Below, piece after piece: positions 16,342 to 27,622 of a stretch of 64,000 nt of DNA; positions within the stretch are counted from its first letter, which is position 1, and each line of letters begins with the position of its first letter. Below the pieces are notes generated by a model. It was not told the DNA's origin, made no database searches, and saw nothing but the letters and a program-made list of their open reading frames with translations. The translations under genes and the position numbers were made by a program. This DNA comes from Escherichia coli (GTDB taxonomy: Bacteria > Pseudomonadota > Gammaproteobacteria > Enterobacterales > Enterobacteriaceae), in assembly GCF_003334305.1 (NCBI RefSeq), contig NZ_QOWS01000005.1; one strand, 5' to 3'.

Positions 16342-16433
16342 ACTACCCTCCGCTAAAGGCGGTGCTAAACGTTACCCGCTTAGCACCGTAATTTTCAGGC
16401 GCGAGGGGGCGCGCCAGCATTACTGTTGAAAAC

Positions 16434-16742
16434 TTACGCTGCGGGTTGTGCAGCAGGTTTTGCCGGTTGCTGATGGCTGTGTTTCCCGGCGTGTTTCTTC
16501 GCTGCCTGCGCTTTTTGTTCAGGGGCTTTCTGTTCAGCTTTCGTATTTTTATGATGCTTTTTAGCCGCCTGCGCTTTCTGGGCAGGTGCTGCTTTATGCT
16601 GTTTTTTATGATGTGTCGTTTTCGCCGGCGCTGCTTTGGTGGTCGTCGCAGTCGGAGCAGGTGTGGTCGCAGTCTCTGCAGCAAAGGCGGCAGAAGACAG
16701 ACCCATAGCAGCGGCAACAACCAGAGCTAATACTTTTTTCAT
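16434..16742 (-). CDS. asr: Acid shock protein Asr
   Basis: ORF 16434..16769 trimmed to [11 protein letters not shown] giving 102 aa; signal peptide then Lys/Ala/Gln/His-rich repeats. Confidence 0.85.
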   Translation of the reverse strand: MKKVLALVVAAAMGLSSAAFAAETATTPAPTATTTKAAPAKTTHHKKQHKAAPAQKAQAAKKHHKNTKAEQKAPEQKAQAAKKHAGKHSHQQPAKPAAQPAA

Positions 16743-17165
16743 TGTCATACCCTCAATTTGTTTTTTCATTTAACCCCACTGCGGGGCCGTTGAAATAACT
16801 ATATCCCTGGGAATGGCAGACTTCCGTGAGTGGTTGGTTTCAGCGTGTAACGATATGTACAAACGCTGAATAAATTACAGCGTTGATAATAACGTATTGT
16901 GACTTAAGGGAAATTTAGCTACCAATAATAGTAGTCTTGATCGGGTTAACTATTTTACTACTTACAAAGCGGTAGAATAACTGCGCATCAGTAATAAATG
17001 ACACACAGCAAAATGAATCCGTTTATTTGGGTACTTATAATCCTGATGACGCTAGACGCGCTGCGGGAATTGGCTGGCGCTTCGTCTATTTTAGGATGGC
17101 TATTAACGTTGGTTTGAGCAAGCAATAAGTCCGGACGTGTAGTTACCGCAGTCCGGGCTTATTTT

Positions 17166-18419
17166 TCAGGCGTGCAGACGACGATGCAAACGCGTCCCGA
17201 CCAGCAGAGCAATGACCAGCATCAGAGCAATAAATGCGCCGACGCCGTTCCAGCCATAGTTATGCCAGAAAACACCACCCAGCGTCCCGGCAATACTCGA
17301 CCCCAGATAGTAACTGAACAGATACAGCGAGGAGGCCTGGCCTTTAGCGCGTTTTGCGCGGGGGCCAATCCAGCTGCTGGCAACTGAGTGGGCTGCGAAG
17401 AATCCTGCTGAGAAGAGTAACATTCCGGCAAAGATCAGCCACAGCGAGCTGAATAAGGTCATCAGTAAACCAAACAGCATAACCCCCGTCGAAAACAACA
17501 TCACCGGACCGCGCCCGTAGCGGGTGGTCATGGTTCCGGCTTTGGGTGAGCTCCATGTACCGGTCAAATAAGCCAGCGATAATAAGCCAACCACGGCCTG
17601 ACTGACATGCCAGGGGGAAAGCATCAACCGATAGCCGATGTAATTAAACAGCGTGACGAACGACCCCATCAGCAAAAAGCCTTCTGCGAACAATAACGGT
17701 AATCCCCGGTCACGCCAGTGCAGACGAAAGTTGATAAATAACGTCTTAGGGCGCAGCGAAGTCGGGCGAAAATGGCGTGATTCCGGAAGGATTTTCCAGA
17801 ACATCAACGCCGAGGCCAGCGCGAAACAACCGATTGCCGCCAGAGCAATTCGCCAGTTGAAAAAGTCCGTGAAGACACCACTAATTAAGCGTCCGCTCAT
17901 GCCGCCAATTGAGTTGCCGCTGATATACAACCCCATCGAAAAGGCCACGAAACTGGGGTGGATTTCCTCGCTAAGATAAGTCATGCCAACAGCTGCCACG
18001 CCACTTAACGAAAGCCCAATCAAGGCGCGCATAATCAAAATGCCGTGCCAGCTGGTCATCATTGTCGAAAGTAACGTACAAATGGAGGCCAACAGTAGCG
18101 CCGTGACCATCACTGGTTTGCGACCAATGGCATCGGATAGGGGGCCAGTAAACAGCAAACCAATAGCCAACATCGCCGTGGAAATGGACAGTGAAATACT
18201 ACTGTTCGCGGGCGTTAAGCCAAACTCCTGCGAAAGCACCGGAAGGATAGGCTGCACACAATAGAGAAGTGCAAATGTTGCCAGTCCGGCAGAGAACAGC
18301 GCCAGGGTGACGCGCATAAATTGCGGCGTACCGCGTTTAATAAATTGATTTGGCTGAGAAATGCTTTGCTTGTCAGTGTCGCTTGCCGGAGCGCCATCAA
18401 CAGTTGTAGTACGGCTCAC
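17166..18419 (-). CDS. ynfM: MFS transporter YnfM
   Basis: 417 aa 12-TM ORF. Confidence 0.85.
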   Translation of the reverse strand: MSRTTTVDGAPASDTDKQSISQPNQFIKRGTPQFMRVTLALFSAGLATFALLYCVQPILPVLSQEFGLTPANSSISLSISTAMLAIGLLFTGPLSDAIGRKPVMVTALLLASICTLLSTMMTSWHGILIMRALIGLSLSGVAAVGMTYLSEEIHPSFVAFSMGLYISGNSIGGMSGRLISGVFTDFFNWRIALAAIGCFALASALMFWKILPESRHFRPTSLRPKTLFINFRLHWRDRGLPLLFAEGFLLMGSFVTLFNYIGYRLMLSPWHVSQAVVGLLSLAYLTGTWSSPKAGTMTTRYGRGPVMLFSTGVMLFGLLMTLFSSLWLIFAGMLLFSAGFFAAHSVASSWIGPRAKRAKGQASSLYLFSYYLGSSIAGTLGGVFWHNYGWNGVGAFIALMLVIALLVGTRLHRRLHA

Positions 18420-18525
18420 TTGAAATCCTTGCTAAATATGCCTGTGGATCAGGCTTATACATAGGTTAGGAAAATCGAATTGTTCTGTCTAATATATTAA
18501 TAATCTCAAATAAGATGTTTTAAAT

Positions 18526-19419
18526 ATGAATATTGAACTTCGTCATCTGCGTTACTTTGTTGCTGTTGCGGAAGAGCTGCATTTCGGGCGCGCCGCTGCC
18601 CGCCTGAATATTTCGCAACCGCCGCTAAGTCAGCAGATTCAGGCGCTGGAGCAACAAATTGGTGCCCGACTGCTGGCACGAACCAATCGCAGTGTATTGC
18701 TGACGGCAGCAGGAAAACAGTTTCTTGCAGATAGTCGGCAAATCCTGTCTATGGTGGATGACGCTGCCGCTCGCGCTGAAAGGCTGCATCAGGGTGAAGC
18801 GGGGGAGTTGCGTATTGGTTTTACTTCGTCCGCTCCTTTTATTCGGGCGGTGTCCGATACGTTATCGCTGTTTCGCCGTGATTATCCTGATGTCCATTTA
18901 CAAACCCGCGAAATGAACACTCGTGAGCAAATCGCTCCGCTCATTGAAGGAACGCTGGATATGGGATTGCTGCGTAACACAGCGTTACCGGAGACGCTTG
19001 AACACGCAGTCATCGTCCATGAACCGCTTATGGCGATGATCCCGCACGATCATCCCCTGGCAAATAACCCGAATGTAACGCTGGCTGAACTGGCGAAAGA
19101 ACCCTTTGTCTTTTTTGATCCGCACGTCGGGACAGGGCTGTATGACGATATTCTCGGACTGATGCGACGTTACCATTTGACGCCCGTCATCACTCAGGAG
19201 GTGGGCGAGGCAATGACCATCATCGGTCTGGTTTCCGCCGGTCTGGGTGTTTCAATTTTGCCTGCTTCATTTAAACGTGTTCAGCTCAACGAAATGCGCT
19301 GGGTGCCGATTGCTGAAGAGGATGCGGTTTCTGAAATGTGGTTGGTCTGGCCGAAACATCATGAACAAAGTCCAGCTGCGCGTAACTTTCGTATTCATCT
19401 GCTGAATGCTCTCAGGTGA
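18526..19419 (+). CDS. ynfL: LysR-family transcriptional regulator YnfL
   Basis: 297 aa ORF, N-terminal HTH LRHLRYFVAVAEELHFGRAA; divergent from ynfM. Confidence 0.85.
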   Translation: MNIELRHLRYFVAVAEELHFGRAAARLNISQPPLSQQIQALEQQIGARLLARTNRSVLLTAAGKQFLADSRQILSMVDDAAARAERLHQGEAGELRIGFTSSAPFIRAVSDTLSLFRRDYPDVHLQTREMNTREQIAPLIEGTLDMGLLRNTALPETLEHAVIVHEPLMAMIPHDHPLANNPNVTLAELAKEPFVFFDPHVGTGLYDDILGLMRRYHLTPVITQEVGEAMTIIGLVSAGLGVSILPASFKRVQLNEMRWVPIAEEDAVSEMWLVWPKHHEQSPAARNFRIHLLNALR

Positions 19420-19553
19420 GGGAAATTTCAGCGAAAAAGCCCGAAAAATGTGCTGTTAATCACATGCCTAAGTAAAAATTTGACGACACGTATTGAAGTG
19501 CTTCACCATAGCCTACAGATTATTTCGGAGCGCGAAAATATAGGGAGTATGCG

Positions 19554-20774
19554 GTGGTTGCTGAAAACCAGCCTGGGCACATTGATCAAATAAAGCAGAC
19601 CAACGCGGGCGCGGTATATCGCCTGATTGATCAGCTTGGTCCAGTCTCGCGTATCGATCTTTCCCGTCTGGCGCAGCTGGCTCCTGCCAGTATCACTAAA
19701 ATTGTCCGTGAGATGCTCGAAGCACACCTGGTGCAAGAGCTGGAAATCAAAGAAGCGGGGAACCGTGGCCGTCCGGCGGTGGGGCTGGTGGTTGAAACTG
19801 AAGCCTGGCACTATCTTTCTCTGCGCATTAGTCGCGGGGAGATTTTCCTTGCTCTGCGCGATCTGAGCAGCAAACTGGTGGTGGAAGAGTCGCAGGAACT
19901 GGCGTTAAAAGATGACTCGCCATTGCTGGATCGTATCATTTCCCATATCGATCAGTTTTTTATCCGCCACCAGAAAAAACTTGAGCGTCTAACTTCGATT
20001 GCCATAACCCTGCCGGGAATTATTGATACGGAAAATGGCATTGTACATCGCATGCCGTTCTATGAGGATGTAAAAGAGATGCCGCTCGGCGAGGCGCTGG
20101 AGCAGCATACCGGCGTTCCGGTTTATATTCAGCATGATATCAGCGCATGGACGATGGCAGAGGCCTTGTTTGGTGCCTCACGCGGGGCGCGCGATGTGAT
20201 TCAGGTGGTTATCGATCACAACGTGGGGGCGGGCGTCATTACCGATGGTCATCTGCTACACGCAGGCAGCAGTAGTCTCGTGGAAATAGGCCACACACAG
20301 GTCGACCCGTATGGGAAACGCTGTTATTGCGGGAATCACGGCTGCCTCGAAACCATCGCCAGTGTGGACAGTATTCTTGAGCTGGCACAGCTGCGTCTTA
20401 ATCAATCCATGAGCTCGATGTTACATGGACAACCGTTAACCGTGGACTCATTGTGTCAGGCGGCATTGCGCGGCGATCTGCTGGCAAAAGACATCATTAC
20501 CGGGGTGGGCGCGCATGTAGGGCGCATTCTTGCCATCATGGTGAATTTATTTAACCCACAAAAAATACTGATTGGTTCACCGTTAAGTAAAGCGGCAGAT
20601 ATCCTCTTCCCGGTCATCTCAGACAGCATCCGTCAGCAGGCCCTTCCTGCGTATAGTCAGCACATTAGCGTTGAGAGTACTCAGTTTTCTAACCAGGGCA
20701 CGATGGCAGGCGCTGCACTGGTAAAAGACGCGATGTATAACGGTTCTTTGTTGATTCGTCTGTTGCAGGGTTAA
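19554..20774 (+). CDS. mlc: ROK-family global regulator Mlc (DgsA)
   Basis: 406 aa ORF with GTG start, N-terminus MVAENQPGHIDQIKQTNAGAVYRLIDQ. Confidence 0.9.
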   Translation: MVAENQPGHIDQIKQTNAGAVYRLIDQLGPVSRIDLSRLAQLAPASITKIVREMLEAHLVQELEIKEAGNRGRPAVGLVVETEAWHYLSLRISRGEIFLALRDLSSKLVVEESQELALKDDSPLLDRIISHIDQFFIRHQKKLERLTSIAITLPGIIDTENGIVHRMPFYEDVKEMPLGEALEQHTGVPVYIQHDISAWTMAEALFGASRGARDVIQVVIDHNVGAGVITDGHLLHAGSSSLVEIGHTQVDPYGKRCYCGNHGCLETIASVDSILELAQLRLNQSMSSMLHGQPLTVDSLCQAALRGDLLAKDIITGVGAHVGRILAIMVNLFNPQKILIGSPLSKAADILFPVISDSIRQQALPAYSQHISVESTQFSNQGTMAGAALVKDAMYNGSLLIRLLQG

Positions 20775-20898
20775 CATTTTTTAACTGTTCTACCAAAATT
20801 TGCGCTATCTCAATTTGGGCCAGGAAAGCATAACTTAGACTTTCAAGGTTAATTATTTTCCTGGTTTATATTTGTGAAGCATAACGGTGGAGTTAGTG

Positions 20899-21594
20899 AT
20901 GCTGAAGCGTTTCTTTATTACCGGTACAGACACTTCTGTAGGGAAAACGGTGGTTTCCCGCGCATTGCTACAAGCGTTAGCCTCCCAGGGAAAAACGGTT
21001 GCGGGATATAAACCCGTAGCGAAGGGGAGCAAAGAGACACCCGAAGGGCTGCGTAATAAAGATGCCCTGGTGTTGCAGAGTGTTTCAACCATCGAACTGC
21101 CTTATGAAGCAGTTAATCCTATCGCGTTAAGCGAAGAAGAAAGTAGCGTGGCGCACAGTTGCCCAATCAATTACACCCTCATTTCAAACGGCCTGGCAAA
21201 CCTGACCGAAAAAGTCGATCATGTCGTGGTAGAAGGGACTGGCGGCTGGCGCAGTCTGATGAATGATTTGCGTCCACTCTCTGAATGGGTGGTGCAGGAA
21301 CAACTGCCGGTGTTGATGGTTGTCGGTATTCAGGAAGGTTGCATTAACCATGCACTGCTAACAGCTCAGGCGATTGCCAACGACGGGCTGCCGCTCATTG
21401 GCTGGGTGGCTAACCGAATCAACCCAGGACTGGCGCATTATGCGGAAATCATTGATGTGCTCGGTAAAAAACTTCCGGCACCGCTCATTGGTGAACTGCC
21501 TTATCTGCCGCGCGCCGAACAGCGTGAACTGGGGCAATACATCCGCTTAGCTATGCTGCGCAGTGTGCTGGCGGTAGATAGAGTCACGGTGTAA
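20899..21594 (+). CDS. ynfK: Dethiobiotin synthetase paralog YnfK (BioD2)
   Basis: ORF trimmed to [17 protein letters not shown] (P-loop) giving 231 aa. Confidence 0.85.
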
Positions 21595-22803
21595 CGTCCG
21601 CGAGATTACCGACGCAATTACGCAGGCAATCAATAAACCGGGGAGTAGCTGATACTCCCCGGTCATTTCACATATCATCAATGTCGACATAATCGGCGCG
21701 TGCGTGGTTGCCGCCAACAGTGTCGCCATCCCGGTCAATCCGAGTAAAAGCGTAATTTCTTCGCCATCAGGGAACCATAATCCCAGGCTACGACCATACA
21801 ACATGCCAATGGCAAGACCGATAAATAGCGTCGGTGTAAAGACACCACCGGGTGCGCCGGAACCGCTACTCGCCAGCACGGCACACAGTTTACAAAGGAA
21901 GATCCCGGCAATGATCATTAACAGTGGCGGGGCAGTTAAAAAAGATTGTACGGTGCTATAGCCGTTGCCCCACACTGCAGGTGTGAACAGGGAAAGCAGA
22001 CCCACGATCAACCCGCCTAGTGCCAGTTGCCAGGGCGGCGCAAGTTTGAGACTCACAAATCCACGATGACAGGCGTTCATTAACGTTAACAACAGTGGTC
22101 CGCACAGACCTGCCAGCACACCTGTACTGATAATCAGCGCATAGTCACGAGCCTGAACCGACACTGAGAGTTGTACGCTGTAGAGTAACGCGTCGCTATG
22201 ATTAATCAGATTGCTAACCAGCAATGCCACGACGGCGGAAATAATCACCGGGCCGAGAGAGGCCAACATCATAGTGCCAAACAGCACTTCGGCTATAAAT
22301 AAACTGCCAGCAAGCGGGGCGCGATAGGCCGCAGCCATTCCCGCTGCGGCCCCACAGGCGATCCATAATTTCCACTCCTGGCGTGGTGTAAAACGTTGGG
22401 CAAAACAGGAGGCGGCAAGGGCAGCTAAAAGAATCATCGCACCTTCGCGACCAATTGCACTGCCGCTGGTTACTACCAGCAGAGAGGCAAGCGATTTAAC
22501 CAGGCTTGCTGCGTAATCAAACTGACCATCGGTTTGCAACGCTTCCATATAATCGGTCGGCGCATGAGGGCGTTGCTGGGTAAATTTCTGCCAGCCCATC
22601 AGCAACAAACCCGCCGCCAGTCCGCCGAGCGCCGGAGTTAGCAGCCGTCGCCAGGGGGAAAGGTTTGTCGCTGCATTGACCAGACTGCCGGAGTCATTAT
22701 TGAGGAACAACCACTCCAGTAGCAGCATCGCATGACGAAACCCGGCAACGGCAAAGGCCGCGAGAATACCGACGACTGTTGCGATAAGCAGACGGCGGAA
22801 CAT
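21547..22803 (-). CDS. clcB: ClC-family voltage-gated chloride channel ClcB
   Basis: ORF 21547..22863 trimmed to [12 protein letters not shown] giving 418 aa; 3' end overlaps ynfK convergently. Confidence 0.85.
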   Translation of the reverse strand: MFRRLLIATVVGILAAFAVAGFRHAMLLLEWLFLNNDSGSLVNAATNLSPWRRLLTPALGGLAAGLLLMGWQKFTQQRPHAPTDYMEALQTDGQFDYAASLVKSLASLLVVTSGSAIGREGAMILLAALAASCFAQRFTPRQEWKLWIACGAAAGMAAAYRAPLAGSLFIAEVLFGTMMLASLGPVIISAVVALLVSNLINHSDALLYSVQLSVSVQARDYALIISTGVLAGLCGPLLLTLMNACHRGFVSLKLAPPWQLALGGLIVGLLSLFTPAVWGNGYSTVQSFLTAPPLLMIIAGIFLCKLCAVLASSGSGAPGGVFTPTLFIGLAIGMLYGRSLGLWFPDGEEITLLLGLTGMATLLAATTHAPIMSTLMICEMTGEYQLLPGLLIACVIASVISRTLHRDSIYRQHTAQHS

Positions 22804-22997
22804 AGTGCGCAGATCCGGATAGATGTGTAGATGATGCATGAGCAGAAATGGGCAATGAAACACGGGCGACTATTTTGCGGCAAAAGAGGCCAGCCGCAAA
22901 AGCAGTGCGTGCTTTAAGAGATAAAAAAACGTGACACTGTAACCTATTATTGCCGGATTGCGCGTAATCGTCACCATCCGGCAATATTACGGTGATC

Positions 22998-23612
22998 CTA
23001 TCGAAACAGCGGTTTAACCGCGACAGGAATTAACAGTTGTGATTGCCATTGCGCCAGCGTTAAGCGAGCCAGTTCACCCAGTGCACGGTAGAAAGGGTGT
23101 TCTGCTTTTTCGATAAAAACATCAAGAAAACGTGTTGACCACGGAAAAAGGTGCCATGCCAGCAATTCTTCGCATTCTGTCTGGCGACCATTTTCCGCCA
23201 ACCACGCAGCCATCAACAGCAGTGAACCAAAATGATCTTCCGGTTCGTTTTGCTTCATTTCAAACTGAATGCCTTTCTCGCGCATCCACTGACGAAGTGC
23301 CAATGTTGAATCGCCAAACAGCACAGATTCGCGATCCAGCCAGACCGACCCCCACGGCGGAGACGGCAGTGCCCACGGGCCGACAAACAAACGCTGCCAG
23401 GCCTGGGCGTGAGTCTCTTCACACTGTGTCTGAAAAGCCGTCACCAGCGGCGCTAATGACGCTTCTGGTAGAGGCCACTGAGTTTCCCAGCCGTCACTGG
23501 TGAGTACCGCAACCAGAGGTGCGGCTTCCGCACTCTCTGGAGCGTAATAAAACAGCGCGCCCAACACGCGCGCCGCGACAGAAAAATTATCTTGCTGTGA
23601 AAAATGGGTCAT
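22998..23612 (-). CDS. dmsD: Tat proofreading chaperone DmsD
   Basis: ORF trimmed to MTHFSQQDNFSVAARVLG giving 204 aa; last gene of ynfEFGH-dmsD. Confidence 0.85.
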   Translation of the reverse strand: MTHFSQQDNFSVAARVLGALFYYAPESAEAAPLVAVLTSDGWETQWPLPEASLAPLVTAFQTQCEETHAQAWQRLFVGPWALPSPPWGSVWLDRESVLFGDSTLALRQWMREKGIQFEMKQNEPEDHFGSLLLMAAWLAENGRQTECEELLAWHLFPWSTRFLDVFIEKAEHPFYRALGELARLTLAQWQSQLLIPVAVKPLFR

Positions 23613-23654
23613 TCCTAACATCCTGAAATGTGCGGGTTGCCCCGCACCAATTTG

Positions 23655-24509
23655 TTAACCTGCAATAGCCATTCCTACTGTCATGTGCAGGCCATAAAAG
23701 AGCACACGCCCGATCATCTCACCGCCAAGTATGAGGATTAGCCCCAGAATAAGTCCGGCAACGTGAGGTTCACGGCGACGAATGAGCGGGCAAAGCCAGC
23801 ATCCAAGACCTGCGCATAACAATACCACACGCCAGACCTGTAAGGAGGCGTAATCTGGTACCAGTGCGCTGGCTTGTTGCACGGATGAGTGAATAGACGC
23901 CAGAGACAAACCTTGCAGCACAATCACCCCGGCACAAGCGATCAGCGCCAAAACGCTAATGATGGCAAATGGTGTGGTATTAAATGTAACGCGAGCTGCC
24001 CGCAGAATTGCGGCAGCAAGTATTGGACCGCTCAACAATACCGTCAGGAAGAAAGCCAGCGTAGTGTAACCGTTATGCCAGGTTGGCACGGTGTCGATTT
24101 GATACACGCAGGTCATCATCCAGACGAAAATGACGCCGAGCGCCATGCTGACAAGTAACCAGAGTTTCCCCAACGCTTGCGGCATTTTACCGATGACCGC
24201 CACCAGCCACCATAGTCCGCCAACGGCAAAAAATATGGAACCGGCAGCAATCTCGTTACTCAGACCAGAAGCTCCGATTCGATTCAGCGAGTTAAACGCT
24301 CGCAGTGGCGATCCCAGGTGCATGACAGAGGCAATAAACCCGATGCCCATCAACAGCCAGAGGAAAAACATGCCACGGACAATACGCTGACGGTCTGCGT
24401 CATTTTTGGCGGCGAACCAGCCAATTCCGCTAACAATCAGCGCGCCTACTACGCATTGACCCAATACGGTAAAGATAACCAGTGGCCACTCATGCCATCC
24501 ATTTCCCAT
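23655..24509 (-). CDS. ynfH: DmsC-type membrane anchor subunit YnfH
   Basis: ORF 23655..24749 trimmed to MGNGWHEWPLV giving 284 aa, polytopic. Confidence 0.85.
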   Translation of the reverse strand: MGNGWHEWPLVIFTVLGQCVVGALIVSGIGWFAAKNDADRQRIVRGMFFLWLLMGIGFIASVMHLGSPLRAFNSLNRIGASGLSNEIAAGSIFFAVGGLWWLVAVIGKMPQALGKLWLLVSMALGVIFVWMMTCVYQIDTVPTWHNGYTTLAFFLTVLLSGPILAAAILRAARVTFNTTPFAIISVLALIACAGVIVLQGLSLASIHSSVQQASALVPDYASLQVWRVVLLCAGLGCWLCPLIRRREPHVAGLILGLILILGGEMIGRVLFYGLHMTVGMAIAG

Positions 24510-24510
24510 T

Positions 24511-25128
24511 TTACACTTCCTCCGGATTAGCCAGATAACCAGTGGTATCGCCGGTCGGGCGGCTGTTGGCGTTAGGTTTGATAACGATATTGGGTTTTGT
24601 GAAATGCGCGCGCGGCAGTGGCGCGACGGCAGCCAGAGTGCCGTGCTTCTGGCGCAGCTCTTCAATTGGACCGAACTCAAGTGCACGCAGCGGGCAGGAT
24701 TCGACACATATGGGTTGTTTCCCCTCGGCGACGCGCGAATAACAACCATCGCACTTCGTCATGTGCCCTTTTTCAGCATTGTACTGTGGTGCGCCGTACG
24801 GACAAGCCATGTGGCAGTAGCGGCAGCCGATACAAACATCTTCATCAACCACCACAAAGCCATCTTCACGCTTATGCATTGCGCCGCTGGGGCAGACTTT
24901 TGTACATGCGGGGTCATCGCAATGGTTACAGGAGATGGAGAGATAATAAGCGAACACGTTCTGGTGCCAGACGCCATTATCTTCCTGCCAGTCGCCGCCA
25001 GCGTATTCATAAATACGGCGGAAACTGACTTCCGGGCCAAGATCTTTAAAATCTTTGCACGCCAGTTCGCAGGTTTTACAGCCAGTACAGCGGCTGGAAT
25101 CGATAAAAAATCCATATTGTGTGGTCAT
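24511..25128 (-). CDS. ynfG: DmsB-type 4Fe-4S subunit YnfG
   Basis: 205 aa ORF with four Cys clusters (CxxCxxCxxxC type). Confidence 0.9.
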   Translation of the reverse strand: MTTQYGFFIDSSRCTGCKTCELACKDFKDLGPEVSFRRIYEYAGGDWQEDNGVWHQNVFAYYLSISCNHCDDPACTKVCPSGAMHKREDGFVVVDEDVCIGCRYCHMACPYGAPQYNAEKGHMTKCDGCYSRVAEGKQPICVESCPLRALEFGPIEELRQKHGTLAAVAPLPRAHFTKPNIVIKPNANSRPTGDTTGYLANPEEV

Positions 25129-25138
25129 GGGCTACTCC

Positions 25139-27565
25139 TTAAACCTTTTCGATCTGGACAAGATTGCTGTGCGACGGGTTTCCCTTTGCCAGCGGTGAAG
25201 GGCGGTGAGAGGTCAGAATATTGATACTGCCGCCGTGATCGACCCGGTCACCAAACATATCCGCTTTAAGCCACGCACCTTGCCCGATGGCGGTAACGCC
25301 AGGCAGAATACGCGGAGTCACTTTTGCGGCAATCAGCATTTCTCCATTATTGTTAAATACCCGCACGGTATCGCCATGACGGATACCGCGTGCCTGAGCA
25401 TCAATGGGGTTGATCCACACCTCTTGTGGGCAGGCCTGCTGTAACACATCAATATTGCCGTAGCTGGAGTGGGTACGCGCTTTGTAATGGAAGCCCGTTA
25501 ACTGCAGTGGATAGGTTTTCCGCAGGGGATCGTCCCAGCCATCAAAACCTGGGGTATACGCAGGAAGGGGATGAATAATTTCATCTTTTTTCAATTCCCA
25601 GGTATCTGCAATCTTCGCCAGTCGTTCAGAATAAATTTCGATTTTCCCCGAAGGTGTTTTCAACGGGTTTGCCTGGGGATCTTCACGGAATGCGCGGAAA
25701 GCGACGTAGTGTTCTTCCGGGCATTTTTTCTTAAAGATCCCGGTCGTTTTCATCTCCTCGTAGTCGGGCATCTCAGGGTTACGTTCCTTCGTTTTCGCAT
25801 GGAGATATTTGATCCATTCATGCTGACTGCGACCTTCAGTAAAGGTTTGATAAACGTCTGGTCCTAAGCGTTTGGCGACTTCACTCAGCATCCAGTAGAT
25901 GGGTTTGCGTTCAAATTTTGCAGAGGTTGCGGGTTGGGCGAGGATCACATAGCCCATATTCCCTGCAGATTCATGAGAGATAAGGTCTTCTTGCTCTGTT
26001 GGCATCAGGTCGGGCAACAGGATATCGCAATACTTAGCCGAGGCCGTCATGAAGTGGTCAATGCCAACAATCATCTCGCACTTGCTGTCATCCTGAAGCA
26101 CCTCATGGGTGTGATTGATGTCGCCATGTTGATTGATCAATGTGTTACTGGCGTAGCACCATAAAAACTTGATGGGGACATCCAGTTTTTCTTTTCCACG
26201 AACACCATCACGGGTCGCGGTCATTTCCTTACCATGGTCGATGGCATCTGTCCATGTAAAGACGGAAATCTGCGTTTTAACAGGGTTCTCAAGCATCGGG
26301 AACCATTCTACCCCCAGATCCCAGCTACCTTCGCGTACACCTGAGTTGCCGCCGTTTATGCCGACGTTACCGGTGAGAACGGAAAGCATGGCAATAGCGC
26401 GGGACGTTTGCTCGCCGTTGGAATGTCGTTGTGGCCCCCAACCCTGACAAATATAAGCAGGTTTTGCTGAACCGATCTCTCGTGCCAACTGGATAATTTT
26501 TTCTGCCGGGATGCTGGTGATTTTTGCTGCCCATTCCGGCGTTTTAGCTATGCCGTCAGGCCCTTCGCCCAGAATATAGGCTTTATAATGCGCGTTACGT
26601 GGTGCGTTGGCGGGCAGAGTTTTTTCATCGTAACCAACACAATATTTGTCGAGAAATGGCTGATCGACCATGTTTTCAGTAATCAGTACCCAGGCAATCG
26701 CACAGGCCAGTGCGCCATCGGTGCCTGGGCGAATGGGCAGCCATTCATCTTCACGCCCGGCAGTTGTGTCGTTATAACGTGGATCGATGACGATCATGCG
26801 TGCGTTTGAACGTTCGCGGGCTTGCTCGACGTAGTAAGTGACACCACCGCCGCTCATCCGCGTTTCTGCCGGGTTATTTCCGAACATAACGACCAGTTTC
26901 GTATTGGCGATATCATCCGGGCTGTTGCCATCATTGGCACCGAACATATAACTCATTGCGGCACTGATCTGTGCGGTACTGTAGCTGCCATAGCGACTGA
27001 GAAAACCACCGCAAGAGTTCATCAGACGGTACGGGACGTTTGAGTTGGTGATGTTTCCGCCATCTACGCCTGTTCCGTACAGGACATGTACAGCCTCATT
27101 GCCGTAATCTTTCAGGATCCGCCGAAGATTATCACTGATGGTATCCAGGGCTTCGTCCCAACTTATCCGTTCAAATTTACCTTCACCGCGCTTGCCGACG
27201 CGCTTCATGGGATATTTCAACCTATCAGGATGATTCATCCGTCGGCGGATAGAGCGCCCGCGTAAACACGCTCGAACCTGATGATTACCGTAGACGTCGT
27301 CACCTGTCGTATCAGACTCCACCCAGTACACGGTGTCATCTTTCACATGCAAACGTAACAGACAGCGGCTCCCGCAGTTAACGGTGCAGGAACTCCAGAC
27401 CGCTTTCTCTTCTACCGGAGCCTCTGCCGCCCGGACCATTTGGGAAAATGGCAGAGTGAAAGCACTGCTTGCCAGCGCGAGACTGCCAAGTGCGGAGGTT
27501 TTCATCAGACTTCTACGGCTGATTTCAGCCTTCATGAGCGCCTCTGTGGTATGGATTTTCATCAT
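25139..27565 (-). CDS. ynfF: DmsA-type molybdopterin oxidoreductase catalytic subunit YnfF
   Basis: 808-codon ORF, twin-arginine signal SRRSLMK; paralog of ynfE. Confidence 0.9.
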   Translation of the reverse strand: MMKIHTTEALMKAEISRRSLMKTSALGSLALASSAFTLPFSQMVRAAEAPVEEKAVWSSCTVNCGSRCLLRLHVKDDTVYWVESDTTGDDVYGNHQVRACLRGRSIRRRMNHPDRLKYPMKRVGKRGEGKFERISWDEALDTISDNLRRILKDYGNEAVHVLYGTGVDGGNITNSNVPYRLMNSCGGFLSRYGSYSTAQISAAMSYMFGANDGNSPDDIANTKLVVMFGNNPAETRMSGGGVTYYVEQARERSNARMIVIDPRYNDTTAGREDEWLPIRPGTDGALACAIAWVLITENMVDQPFLDKYCVGYDEKTLPANAPRNAHYKAYILGEGPDGIAKTPEWAAKITSIPAEKIIQLAREIGSAKPAYICQGWGPQRHSNGEQTSRAIAMLSVLTGNVGINGGNSGVREGSWDLGVEWFPMLENPVKTQISVFTWTDAIDHGKEMTATRDGVRGKEKLDVPIKFLWCYASNTLINQHGDINHTHEVLQDDSKCEMIVGIDHFMTASAKYCDILLPDLMPTEQEDLISHESAGNMGYVILAQPATSAKFERKPIYWMLSEVAKRLGPDVYQTFTEGRSQHEWIKYLHAKTKERNPEMPDYEEMKTTGIFKKKCPEEHYVAFRAFREDPQANPLKTPSGKIEIYSERLAKIADTWELKKDEIIHPLPAYTPGFDGWDDPLRKTYPLQLTGFHYKARTHSSYGNIDVLQQACPQEVWINPIDAQARGIRHGDTVRVFNNNGEMLIAAKVTPRILPGVTAIGQGAWLKADMFGDRVDHGGSINILTSHRPSPLAKGNPSHSNLVQIEKV

Positions 27566-27622
27566 TACTCACTTATTGCTTTTCAAACAAAATGTCATGC
27601 CAGAATTTATGGTTGTAGTGGG

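Noticed and set aside
16391-16420. GC palindrome ggcgcgagggggcgcgcc downstream of asr as its intrinsic terminator
   Set aside because: The stem is strong but there is no clear T-run on the asr strand, so the call was left out of the feature list.
16343-16769. Overlapping ORFs in other frames and on the opposite strand of asr (16343..16720 minus, 16446..16730 plus)
   Set aside because: They arise from the low-complexity Lys/Ala/Gln repeat of asr; they are Arg/Cys/Phe-rich, lack SD sequences, and asr itself is confidently assigned.
17125-17160. Hairpin with T-run at the 3' end of ynfM considered as a plus-strand terminator
   Set aside because: No plus-strand gene ends here; the T-run is on the wrong strand for ynfM, so it is at best a weak terminator for ynfM and was not listed as a feature.
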